A stretch of 64,000 nt of DNA from Candidatus Paceibacter sp. (lineage in GTDB: Bacteria > Patescibacteriota > Minisyncoccia > Phycocordibacterales > GCA-2747955), in the NCBI GenBank assembly GCA_014237915.1, contig JABACC010000007.1:1446-65445 (forward strand), in the 5' to 3' direction. This document shows, in pieces, positions 19,144-29,200 of this stretch. The notes beneath the pieces are model-generated. The model worked only from the letters and a program-made list of their open reading frames with translations. It made no database searches and was not told where the DNA came from. How positions within the stretch are numbered: position 1 is the first letter of the stretch; the number at the start of each line of letters is the position of its first letter. The translations under genes and the position numbers were made by a program.

Positions 19144-20448
19144 ATGAAAAAAAAAATAAGTATCTTTCAAATAATTCTTTTAATTTTTTTTGGGGTAACC
19201 GGACTTTTTGGATTTATTGCATTTACAAACTACAGCCCAAGCGGAAATACAGAAACAGAAAATTTAGGGCAAATGCAAATCTGGGGAACTTTAGATGAAG
19301 ATATTTTTAATGAAGGACTTTCTTTTTTGAAAAATTTAGATGAGGGATATTCAAAAGTTTCTTATGTTCAAAAAAGCGAAGAGAGTTTTAATCAAGAATT
19401 TTTAGAAGCGGTAGCTGAAGGAAATATTCCAGACCTTATTTTAGTTTCTAATTCCACAATTTTTAATAATATAAATAAAATTTACAAAATTCCAACTTCT
19501 AGTATTTCTGAAAGTGTTTTTTTTGGGACTTTTTTAGAATCTTTTTCTCCTTTTTTTGAAGAAGATGGATCTTTGGCTATTCCTTTTTTAGCTGATCCAA
19601 TTGTAATGTATTACAACAAAGACCTTTTTTTCTCAGCAGGAATTCCAATCCCTCCTCAAGAATGGAAAGATTTTTTAGAAATGGCTCCTAAGATAAATAA
19701 AATAGATGAAAATAAAAATATTATAAAATCTATTGTGGCTTTTGGAGACGGAGATAACGTGGAAAATTTAAAAGAAATTTTGGCAACACTTTTTTTTCAA
19801 AGCGGAAATCCAATTATAAAAAAAGAAAACGGAATTTATAAATCAACTCTTTATGAAAATTCTTCTTTTCAAACCCCTTACGACGCACTAGATTTTTTCT
19901 CTTCTTTTTCAAATCCAAATGCTCCACAATATTCTTGGAATACCGCTATGCCAAACTCTAAAGATTTTTTCATAGGAGGCTCTTTAGGGGTTTATTTTGG
20001 TTATGCTTCAGAAATTTCTGATATAAGGTTAAAAAATCCAAACTTAAATTTTGATGTAACAGAAATTCCAAGAACATCTTCTGACTTAAGAAATAATGTA
20101 ATGTTAAAAACTTTTGCTTTTGCTATTCCAAAAAGCGCTAAAAATATAGAAAATTCTTCAATTCTTGCCTTTAGAATTGCAAATAAAGATATTTTAGAAA
20201 AAATTGAAGAAAAAACACAACTTCCGCCAGTGCGAAAAGAAATGGTTGCGAATTTAAAAGGTGATAAATATTTGGATATTTTTTATAAAGAAGCAATTTA
20301 CGGAAGCTCTTTTATGGATCCAGACGAAGAAAAAACTGACAAAATTTTTTCTGACCTTGTAAATAATTATATTAGTGGAAGATTTTCCGCCAAAGAATCT
20401 TTTTCTTCTGCTTCAAGATCTATTGACTTACTTCTTCTTGGCAAGTAA
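19144..20448 (+). CDS. Hypothetical secreted/membrane-anchored protein
   Basis: 434 aa. N-terminal hydrophobic anchor and a large extracytoplasmic domain. Vaguely solute-binding-protein-like; no firm motif. Confidence 0.3.
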   Translation: MKKKISIFQIILLIFFGVTGLFGFIAFTNYSPSGNTETENLGQMQIWGTLDEDIFNEGLSFLKNLDEGYSKVSYVQKSEESFNQEFLEAVAEGNIPDLILVSNSTIFNNINKIYKIPTSSISESVFFGTFLESFSPFFEEDGSLAIPFLADPIVMYYNKDLFFSAGIPIPPQEWKDFLEMAPKINKIDENKNIIKSIVAFGDGDNVENLKEILATLFFQSGNPIIKKENGIYKSTLYENSSFQTPYDALDFFSSFSNPNAPQYSWNTAMPNSKDFFIGGSLGVYFGYASEISDIRLKNPNLNFDVTEIPRTSSDLRNNVMLKTFAFAIPKSAKNIENSSILAFRIANKDILEKIEEKTQLPPVRKEMVANLKGDKYLDIFYKEAIYGSSFMDPDEEKTDKIFSDLVNNYISGRFSAKESFSSASRSIDLLLLGK

Positions 20449-20454
20449 AATGTA

Positions 20455-21828
20455 TTGATAATGCATATTTTTTCTAATCTTAAAAAAATTTTAAAAATAT
20501 TTTTTCTTTCAGTTTTTTTTGTATTCAACTTTGTTTTTTCTGAAATTCCAGCAGAAGAAGTTTTTCAGTATTTTTTAGAAAACCCAGAAAAAATATTTGA
20601 AACTGAAGTTCAGGAAGTTTTTTATTCAGCTCAAAATTCTCGGTATGAAATTTCATCTTTAAGTAAAGACAACTCAAATATTTCTTATATTTTTTTTGCT
20701 GAAGAGCAAAGCGGAGAAATTTTTTTTCTTGATGGAGATGGAGAAAAAAAATACACAGGCTACACCGTCACAATTTTACAAGAAAATTCAGATAATGAAG
20801 ACGAAGATATTGAAGATAAAATTTTGGATAACTTAACAGATTTTGAAGGGGTTTACAACGATCAACTTGGGGGAAATAACAAAAGAAATAGTTTTGCTGA
20901 AAACGAAGATGAGGTTGAAAAAACTTTAACACCCTCAGAGCAATTAGAAGAAGCAAATAAAAGTTTGGAAGATACAGATGAAGATATTAAAGATTTAGCA
21001 ATTGAAACGTTAGAAAATTATAGTTCGCTAAAAGAATTTGTACAGTTTAAAGAAACTTTAGATGAGGACGAAGATGGACTTTCTCCTAACTCGGGTACTG
21101 ATCTTTACAGAGACATACTTGAAGATTATTTAGCAAGCGAAGACGGAAAAGAAAAAATCCAAGATCTTTTTGAAAAAAGTTCTGTAGAAGATATTGAAGA
21201 ATTTGTCGATAAGTTTTTTATAGAAAATCCAAATTTAACTAATACTGAAAAAGAAAATTGGATATTTTATCTAGAAGAGTTAAAAGAAGTTGATGAGCAA
21301 AGAGAAATAAGAAAAGCTGAAAATTTCAGCGCTCCAGAAATTAATGAAGATGGGCTAAGTAATTTTGTAGAAGCCGGCCTAAAGGCTGTTTTGAGTGATT
21401 CTCAAGAAGGACGAGGGTCAGAAGAAGGAGATGGCCAAGATCCTAACTGCTATAAATATGACGAAAAAGGGAATCCAGTAAATGATACCAGCAGGGGATA
21501 TGAAAGAGGGCTTGTGAAATATGATCCAGTATGTGATAAAAATACTAAAGGATTTGATGGTTTAATAATGACAATAAATGCGGTCACTAGTTTTGTTACA
21601 GGTATTGCTATTTTTTTATTTGTCGTTACCTTAATTTGGGCAGGAGGAATTTTAATGTTTCAAGGATCAAGTACCGGAGGAAGAGATAAAGCAAAAAAAA
21701 TGATAAACGGGGCAGTTATTGGAATATTTTTCATATTAGGAGCAACATTTATTGTAAGCTCGATTTTTTCTGTTTTCGGATTAGAAGATGAAGATTTAAT
21801 CGAAGGGAGTGTTGAAATATCTCAATAG
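20455..21828 (+). CDS. Secreted acidic protein with C-terminal VirB2/TrbC-like two-helix pilin module (long-form paralog)
   Basis: 457 aa. Signal peptide, roughly 330-aa D/E-rich region, then a C-terminal module (AVTSFVTGIAIFLFVVTLIWAGGILMFQGSSTGGRDKAKKMINGAVIGIFFILGATFIVSSIFSVFG) matching the downstream small paralogs. Confidence 0.4.
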   Translation: MIMHIFSNLKKILKIFFLSVFFVFNFVFSEIPAEEVFQYFLENPEKIFETEVQEVFYSAQNSRYEISSLSKDNSNISYIFFAEEQSGEIFFLDGDGEKKYTGYTVTILQENSDNEDEDIEDKILDNLTDFEGVYNDQLGGNNKRNSFAENEDEVEKTLTPSEQLEEANKSLEDTDEDIKDLAIETLENYSSLKEFVQFKETLDEDEDGLSPNSGTDLYRDILEDYLASEDGKEKIQDLFEKSSVEDIEEFVDKFFIENPNLTNTEKENWIFYLEELKEVDEQREIRKAENFSAPEINEDGLSNFVEAGLKAVLSDSQEGRGSEEGDGQDPNCYKYDEKGNPVNDTSRGYERGLVKYDPVCDKNTKGFDGLIMTINAVTSFVTGIAIFLFVVTLIWAGGILMFQGSSTGGRDKAKKMINGAVIGIFFILGATFIVSSIFSVFGLEDEDLIEGSVEISQ

Positions 21829-21873
21829 ATAAATTTGTTTTTTCTTTTTTTTAGCTTATAATATATTAATATC

Positions 21874-22314
21874 ATGAATCAAATTTTTTCAAAAAAATAT
21901 TTATTTTTTCTAATAATCCCTTTTTTATTTTCTATTTATTTTGTTACTTTTTCTTATAGTGCAGAATCTTGCGCTGGAGATTTTGAGTGTTTACAAAACC
22001 CATTAAAAGATAGCAATATTGGCTCAATTTCAGATTTAATTTCCACAATTTTAAATTTAATAATGATTTTAGCCGTTCCTTTTATAGTTATCGCTATAGT
22101 TTACTCAGGTTTTCTATTTATTCAAGCTCAAGGAAATCCAGAAAAAATAAAAACAGCTAGAAGTTTTTTACTTTGGTCCCTTGTTGGAGCTGGTATTGTT
22201 CTGGGTGCAAATGTTATTTATACCGTCATGGAAGATACATTTAAAAAATTTATTGCAGAAGAGGGTATAGAAAAAATAGAAGAAAAAAATTTAATAGAAG
22301 ATTATTATGTTTAA
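21874..22314 (+). CDS. VirB2/TrbC-like pilin candidate (paralog 2)
   Basis: 146 aa. Signal peptide, hydrophobic helix (LIMILAVPFIVIAIVYSGFLFI), short basic loop (QAQGNPEKIKTARS), second helix (FLLWSLVGAGIVLGANVIY). Confidence 0.45.
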   Translation: MNQIFSKKYLFFLIIPFLFSIYFVTFSYSAESCAGDFECLQNPLKDSNIGSISDLISTILNLIMILAVPFIVIAIVYSGFLFIQAQGNPEKIKTARSFLLWSLVGAGIVLGANVIYTVMEDTFKKFIAEEGIEKIEEKNLIEDYYV

Positions 22315-22663
22315 AAAAAAACAATTTAAAATATTTTTTTTGTTTTTATTAATTCCCTTTTTTTCTTTTTCAGCCAGCTTTTCAGAATTAGTAGACACAA
22401 TTTTTGTCGGAAGTTTAATTAAAGGTTTTGTTGGTTTAATTTTTTCTCTTTCTTTTCTATTTTTTTTATGGAAAGCCTTGCAGGTTATTTTAAACTTTGC
22501 TTCTTCAAAAAGAGGAGAATATTTAAAAGGGCTTTTTTTCAGTATTTTTCTTTTATTTGTAATGTTTTCAATTTGGTCTTTGGTAAACATTGTTTTAAGC
22601 ACTAATTTAAAAACAGGAACAGGATCTTCCGAAGATGTTATTTTTGATAAAATTAAATTTTAA
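22307..22663 (+). CDS. VirB2/TrbC-like pilin candidate (paralog 3)
   Basis: 118 aa. Same signal, helix, K/R loop, helix layout (…FLFFLWKALQVILNFASSKRGEYLKGLFFSIFLLFVMFSIWSLVN). Confidence 0.45.
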   Translation: MFKKKQFKIFFLFLLIPFFSFSASFSELVDTIFVGSLIKGFVGLIFSLSFLFFLWKALQVILNFASSKRGEYLKGLFFSIFLLFVMFSIWSLVNIVLSTNLKTGTGSSEDVIFDKIKF

Positions 22664-22771
22664 ATAAATTTTAAATAAATTTTTAACCCTTCAAATTCTT
22701 TAATCTTTAATTTTGACTTTATTTATTTTTTTTGATATAAAGGTATTATTAATAAGTAAATTTATTTTAAT

Positions 22772-23116
22772 ATGAAAAAAATTTTATTAACTTTGTCAGG
22801 GATTTCAGTTTTACCTGTTTTAGCTTTAGCTGATAATGGAATTGAAGAACTTATAAACACATTAGGAGAATTAATTCAAAGCGCTTCTACTGTTATTTTT
22901 GCTCTTGCAGCTCTTGTTTTCTTTTGGTCTTTAATTACCTACTTATGGGGAGCTGAAGAAAAAAAAGAAGGTGCTACAAAAGGAATTACTTTAAGTATCG
23001 TAGTTTTGTTTATAATGTTTTCAATTTGGGGAATTATTCAAATCCTTCAAGAAACAGTAGATGTTGATGGAGACGACTCAATAGATGTTCCAGAGTTTCC
23101 TGCTTTAAAATCTTAA
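22772..23116 (+). CDS. VirB2/TrbC-like pilin candidate (paralog 4)
   Basis: 114 aa. Cleavable signal (…LPVLALA). Helix 1 STVIFALAALVFFWSLITYLWGA, loop EEKKEGATKG, helix 2 ITLSIVVLFIMFSIWGIIQIL. Confidence 0.5.
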   Translation: MKKILLTLSGISVLPVLALADNGIEELINTLGELIQSASTVIFALAALVFFWSLITYLWGAEEKKEGATKGITLSIVVLFIMFSIWGIIQILQETVDVDGDDSIDVPEFPALKS

Positions 23117-23139
23117 AATAAAATAGTTTTAATTTAACT

Positions 23140-23421
23140 ATGGATAAAGTTGCCAAAATAATTCAAATTTTTGTTACAGAAATTTTAAATCCAATTATTG
23201 TAATTTTGATTTCTCTTTCTGTTGTTTATTTTTTTTGGGGAATGATGGTTTTTATTTTAAATTCTGACGATGAAACAAAAAGAACAGAAGCTAAATCTCA
23301 CATTTTTTGGAGCATTATAGGATTTGTTATTATTTTTGGAGTTTGGGGGATATTAAATTTTGTTGTTTTCAGTATTTATGATTTAACAAACCCAACCTCT
23401 GTTTCAGCAGCAGAAGCTTAA
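23140..23421 (+). CDS. VirB2/TrbC-like pilin candidate (paralog 5)
   Basis: 93 aa. Helix 1 …VVYFFWGMMVFILNS, loop DDETKRTEAKS, helix 2 HIFWSIIGFVIIFGVWGILNFVVF. A terminator hairpin (aaaaagcccgaagggctttttt) follows at about 23445-23470. Confidence 0.45.
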   Translation: MDKVAKIIQIFVTEILNPIIVILISLSVVYFFWGMMVFILNSDDETKRTEAKSHIFWSIIGFVIIFGVWGILNFVVFSIYDLTNPTSVSAAEA

Positions 23422-23534
23422 ATTTAAAAAATTAAATTTAAATAAAAAAGCCCGAAGGGCTTTTTTATTTAAATAACTTAAGATAAATTTGACAGGCATG
23501 TTATAATTTTAAAATCCTAAAATTTAGGATAAAA

Positions 23535-24089
23535 ATGAAAGTTATGAAAAAAAATAAAATTGATAAAAAAAATTCAGAAGAAGAAAATTCTTCTGAAAAT
23601 GAAACAAAAAAAGAAAACGAAAGCACGGAAGAAATTTCAGATCTGGAAAAATTAAAAAAAGAAAACGATGAGTATTTAGGAGGTTGGCAAAGAGCTTTGG
23701 CTGATATTGCTAACTTAAAAAAAAATCACGAAGAAGAAAAAAAACTTTTTACTTCTTTGGGAAAAGAAAATATTGTTTTAGAAATTATCCCTGTTTTGGA
23801 TAATTTTGATGCCGCTTTTTCTAACAAAGAAGTTTGGAATTCTGCTCCAGAAAATTGGAGAGTGGGAGTTGAATATATTTATAAACAACTTTTGGGAATT
23901 TTAGAAAATGAAAAAATAGAAAGTTTTGGATCTTCCGGAGAAATTTTTGACCCTAAAATTCATTTTTCTTTAGAAAAAATAAAATCAGAAAAAAAGGAAG
24001 ATTCTGGAAAAATTTCTGATGTTATTCAAAAAGGATATAAAAAAGAAGAAAAAATTTTAAGAGAAGCAAAAGTAAAAATTTTTGAATAA
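23535..24089 (+). CDS. grpE: Nucleotide exchange factor GrpE
   Basis: 184 aa. Coiled-coil N-terminal region then a GrpE core (WQRALADIANLKKN… IIPVLDNFD…). Directly upstream of dnaK. Confidence 0.85.
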   Translation: MKVMKKNKIDKKNSEEENSSENETKKENESTEEISDLEKLKKENDEYLGGWQRALADIANLKKNHEEEKKLFTSLGKENIVLEIIPVLDNFDAAFSNKEVWNSAPENWRVGVEYIYKQLLGILENEKIESFGSSGEIFDPKIHFSLEKIKSEKKEDSGKISDVIQKGYKKEEKILREAKVKIFE

Positions 24090-24168
24090 TTTAAAATTAT
24101 CTAAAAATTTTTCTTTATTTTCTTTATTTTTTCTATTAAAAATTATTATTAATTAATTTACAAAAAAT

Positions 24169-26109
24169 ATGAGTAAAATTATAGGAATAGATTTAGGAAC
24201 TACAAACTCTGCTGTTTCTGTGATGGAAGGAGGAGAGCCTAAAATTTTGGAAAATGCTGAAGGCTCCAGAACCTCACCTTCTGTTGTTGCAAAAACAAAA
24301 GCAGGAGAAAGAGTTGTTGGAATGCTCGCAAGACGCCAAGCAGTTACAAACCCAGAAAATACAGTTGTAGGAATTAAAAGATTTATTGGTCATTCTTTTG
24401 ACGAAAACGAAGTTCAGGAAAATATAAAAAAAGTTCCTTTTCAAACAAGAAAATCTAAAAACGGAGGAGTTGAAATAAAAATGGGAGAAGATTGGCATAG
24501 GCCAGAGGAAATTTCCGCTTTTATTTTACAAAAACTTAAAGCGGATGCAGAAGAAAAATTAGGTTCTGAAGTTAAAGAAGCTGTTATAACAGTTCCAGCT
24601 TATTTTAACGATTCTCAAAGACAAGCCACAAAAGACGCAGGAAAAATCGCAGGCCTTGAAGTAAAAAGAATTATAAACGAACCAACAGCAGCAGCCCTTG
24701 CTTATGGTTTTAACAAAAACACAGATCAAAAAATAGTTGTGTTTGATTTTGGAGGAGGAACATTTGATGTTTCTGTTTTAGAAGTTGGAGACGGAGTTGT
24801 GGAAGTTAGATCAACAGCAGGAGATCATAATATGGGAGGTCGAGATATTGATTATAAAATTATCGATTGGATTGCAGATGAATTTAAAAAAGAAAGTGGA
24901 ATTGATCTTAAGAAAGATCCACTTGCTCTGCAAAGATTAGATGAAGCGGCTGAAAAAGCAAAACTTGAACTTTCAACTTCAAACGAATCTAACATAAACA
25001 TTCCCTTTGTTACTTCTACAGACGAAGGTCCAAAACATTTAGACTTAACTTTATCGAGAGCAAAGCTTGAAGAAATTGCAGATAAATATATTTCAAAATC
25101 AATAGAAATTACAAAAAAAGCTATCGCAGATTCACCTTTTGAAATTTCTGACATAAATGAAATTATTTTAGTTGGAGGACAAACAAGAATGCCAAAAATT
25201 ACCGAAGAGGTAAAAAATCTTTTTGGAAAAGAGCCAAATAAATCGATTAACCCCGATGAAGTTGTGGCAAATGGAGCCGCTATTCAGGCGGGAATTTTGC
25301 AAGGAGATGTGAAAGATGTTCTTCTTCTAGATGTCACACCGCTTTCTCTTGGAATCGAAACACTTGGAGGAGTTTCCACAAAATTAATTGAAAAAAACAC
25401 AACAATTCCAGCTTCAAAATCTCAAGTTTTTTCAACAGCGGCAGAAAACCAAACTTCAACAGAAATTCATGTTGTGCAAGGTGAAAGATCAATGGCATCT
25501 GACAATAAATCTTTAGGAAGATTTGTTTTGGAAGGAATTCCACCAGCTCCAAGAGGTGTACCTCAAATTGAAGTTACCTTTGATTTAGACGCTAACGGAA
25601 TTTTAAACGTTAAAGCAAAAGACAAAACTTCAGGAAAAGAAAATTCTATTAAAATTGAAGGGTCGTCAGGTCTTTCAGAAGATGAAATAAACAAAATGAA
25701 AGCAGATGCTGAAACTAATGCAGAAGAAGATAAAAAGAAAAAAGAAGTTGTGGATGTAAAAAACCAAGCTGAACAAATAATTTTTCTTGCAGAAAAATCT
25801 TTAAAAGATGCTGAAGGAAAAATTTCAGAAGAAACGAAAAAAGAAATTGAAGAAAAAATAGCTTCTTTGAAAACAGTTAAAGAAGGAGAAGATTTAGAGG
25901 CAATTAAAAAATTTTCCGACGAGCTAAATCTTTCTTTGCAAAAAATTATGGCAGAGATGCAAAAAGCAGGAGAAGAAAAAAAAGAGGAAGGAGAAAAATC
26001 GGAAGATGAAAATTCTTCAGAAGAACAAGAAGCAGAAGTTGTTGAAGACGAAAACAAAAACGAGGAAGAAGAAAAAAAAGATTCTGAAAGCGAAGAAGAA
26101 AAAAAATAA
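24169..26109 (+). CDS. dnaK: Molecular chaperone DnaK (Hsp70)
   Basis: Hsp70 signatures [27 protein letters not shown]-terminal acidic/EEKK tail. Confidence 0.95.
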   Translation: MSKIIGIDLGTTNSAVSVMEGGEPKILENAEGSRTSPSVVAKTKAGERVVGMLARRQAVTNPENTVVGIKRFIGHSFDENEVQENIKKVPFQTRKSKNGGVEIKMGEDWHRPEEISAFILQKLKADAEEKLGSEVKEAVITVPAYFNDSQRQATKDAGKIAGLEVKRIINEPTAAALAYGFNKNTDQKIVVFDFGGGTFDVSVLEVGDGVVEVRSTAGDHNMGGRDIDYKIIDWIADEFKKESGIDLKKDPLALQRLDEAAEKAKLELSTSNESNINIPFVTSTDEGPKHLDLTLSRAKLEEIADKYISKSIEITKKAIADSPFEISDINEIILVGGQTRMPKITEEVKNLFGKEPNKSINPDEVVANGAAIQAGILQGDVKDVLLLDVTPLSLGIETLGGVSTKLIEKNTTIPASKSQVFSTAAENQTSTEIHVVQGERSMASDNKSLGRFVLEGIPPAPRGVPQIEVTFDLDANGILNVKAKDKTSGKENSIKIEGSSGLSEDEINKMKADAETNAEEDKKKKEVVDVKNQAEQIIFLAEKSLKDAEGKISEETKKEIEEKIASLKTVKEGEDLEAIKKFSDELNLSLQKIMAEMQKAGEEKKEEGEKSEDENSSEEQEAEVVEDENKNEEEEKKDSESEEEKK

Positions 26110-26131
26110 AAAATTTTATTTCAATTCTAAA

Positions 26132-26160
26132 AAAAATCACCCGAAAGGGTGATTATTTTT
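26132..26160 (+). terminator. Intrinsic terminator after dnaK
   Basis: aaaaaaatcacccgaaagggtgattatttttttg: GAAA-loop hairpin plus T-run. Confidence 0.5.
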
Positions 26161-26250
26161 TTGAAATAAAAAACTTATCCCCAGAAATTTTTTTTGAAAT
26201 TTTTTTATGTGTTAATATAAATTTAAATTAGTAACTTTAACAATATAAAA

Positions 26251-29200
26251 ATGGCAAATCGATCTTTTAAAATTTTTTTAACTTTAGTATTTTTTTTAAC
26301 ACCTTTTATTTCTTTTGGGGCTGATATTTATCTTCAAAAAGATAATGCTTTATGGTCTGATCCCACAGCTTGGAGTGGAGGAGTTTTACCAACAAGTTCC
26401 GATAATGTTTATTTAAAAAAAGAGGACGGAACGGAGTTTGATAAAATTACAATTGATTCTGTCGCAACCTATTTATCTATGGATGCTTCAAACATTAAAG
26501 AAATTGATGTAAAGTATAATTTATATAGATCAATAGAAGCGCCAAATTCCATTGTAAATTTTTACAATGGAAGCAACCAAATAGCATCATCTAATTTTAA
26601 AATAAAAGCCAAAGAAATATATTTTAAAGAAGGCACCGTAGAAATTATTCGCTATCCTTATTTTGAGGCAGATAAAATAGTAGTAGAGGAGAATGCTAGT
26701 ATTTATATTTCTATAACCGCGTTAGGTTATTATAATTCTATAGAAATAAAAGGAGACTTAATTCATAATGGAAAATTTTTTGGAGTAAGGGATTTTGATA
26801 TAAATCTCGATGGAAGTTTTATTAATAATGGAGAGATGGAAGATGTTCATCACTTTTATATTTCAAAAAATATTGAAAACAATTCAGTTTTACCAGATGA
26901 TTTTTATTTTCGGTATAAAACAAGCACATCAAAAAATCACCCAGTTGAAATAAAAGGTTCTGAAAAAGTTTCCTTAATTGTGACAAATGATTCAAACAAT
27001 ATTTTTTATTTTCATGATTCCGTTGATCTTAAAAATTTTTATTCTTATTATGATTCATCAGTTATAGACACAGAAAATAGTTTAAGTATTTATCTTGAAG
27101 ATGGAAAAAGTTTTAAAGCAGAAAAAGTTTATGGTCATAACGTATATTTTTTAAACAATAATAATTTTCATTTAGAATCATACGGCTCTATTACTTTTTC
27201 TCCGTATCGACTTCCAAATATTTATGCAGAAAAATCAACTGTGATTATTGAGGGAGATGGTATTTTTAAGGAAATAAAAGCAAAAGAAATATATTTTTTG
27301 GAAGGGATTCATGAGTATCCCTATAAAGGAAATACAATCACAGCGGATAATATAGTTTTAGAAGAGGGCTCATATATTCGTAATAATCAAGACCCGTACC
27401 AAAGTGGGGTAGAACCACTGACCATAAATGGAGATGTGAAAAACATGGGTTCCTTAGGAGATGATAACTTTATTATAAATGGAAACCTAGAAAATAATGG
27501 GAATGTAACAAACTTCAAGACAATTAAGGTGTATGGAGATGTATATAATAATGGTACATTTCAAGAAAACTCAAGAGGCGATTCTCCAACAATTTTTGCA
27601 TATGGAGATTTCTATAATTTTGGAACATACACATCACGAAACTTTTATTCCTATGGAAATATAGATTCAAGTGATATATTAGAAACAAGTATTAATCTAT
27701 ATGAAAACGTTGATGGAATCCATAAAAAGCTATCTTTTTCTGGAGATTATTTAAATTCAAATCTTATTATTAGGGAAAATATAACCTTAGATAAATCAGT
27801 AAGAGAAATTCCTTTTGATATTGAAGATGCAGAAATTATTGTAAATTCTAACTTCCTAGAGGTTCCAACTTTAAAGAATTCTAAACTTGAAGGAGATTTT
27901 GTTTTAGAAGTAAGAAATATTATAGACACTGAAGCTTTAAACGTAAAAGTTAGTGTAAGTAACGATATCGGAGGAAATATTTCGGTGAAAAATATAGTGC
28001 TCACTTCAGGAGATTTAGAAAATGGAGTAAACAGAGTAAGTGATGACGTGGTAAGGTTTGAAACGCTCGAGATAGAAGAGAATGTCTCTCTAGAGGTTTA
28101 CAAAAGGGCACCAAAACTTTATGGAAAAATTCTAAACAAGGGAACAATTTATGGCCTCGACAACTATCAAGAATTGTTATTCATTTTTGAGGATTTCAAC
28201 AATCAAGGAATAATTGAAAATGAAATATCTGTGTATTTTTATTTTAACAAAGAAATTAACCAAACCAATCAATATTTCATAAAAGAAGGAACTTCTTTTT
28301 CAGAACCATCAGTTGATGAAATAAAAACAGGATATTCAGCTAGGGTTGAGGACTATCTAAACCAAACAGACAAAGAATTTTCAATTTGGTATAAACTTCC
28401 AGAAGAATCCGAATGGAAAGTAAATTATTTTAATGTTGATTTTGAAATTCCAGAAATTGTTGTTCCTCCTCCAGAACCTGAAACTTTAGAATTTTCTTTT
28501 TCTAACATCGAAGATCATTTAAAAAACGAAGAAGTAGAAATTACACTAAGCGCTGCAAGGAATTTGCAAGATAGGGATTCTAAAGTAAGAAGAAAAGAAA
28601 TGTATTTTTATCTTTCTACAAACAAAGGAGATATTGTTTATCCTTCTGTTGTAACTTTTGCAGAAGATGGAGATTATTATGAAAAAGAAAAAACTTTTTC
28701 TATGAAAATAGATGAAGCAGAAAGTGATATTGAAATATATATTAAAGATAGTGAGGGAAATCTTTTAGGAACTTCAAAACCTTTTTCTGTAGTAGAGTCG
28801 GGAAAAGCTTATTTTAAATTTAGAGAGGATCATTATCATAGGTATGATTTGGACATAAAATTAGGAACAAAAGACTACTCTTTTGAATCCACAAAATCTA
28901 TAAATTTAATGGTTTTACCTTGCGATGAAAATCTCTCTGTTATACCAAAAGGTAATATTTTTATTCCAAGCGACACAGGCCTTATACATCAAGAATTTTT
29001 TTATCTACCAATACAAGTTAACATATCTTGCGACACAACAGATACGATAGAAATAGCAAAATCTATTCCCTACGAAAATTGGGTTTGTGAAGACTCAGAC
29101 AAAACCCCAGTTTTACTTTTACCGGGGATTATGGGCTCTGATACAAAATTTAACCTTTCTGTTTACCCTCAAATACCAAAAGATTCCCCTGCTTGGGATT

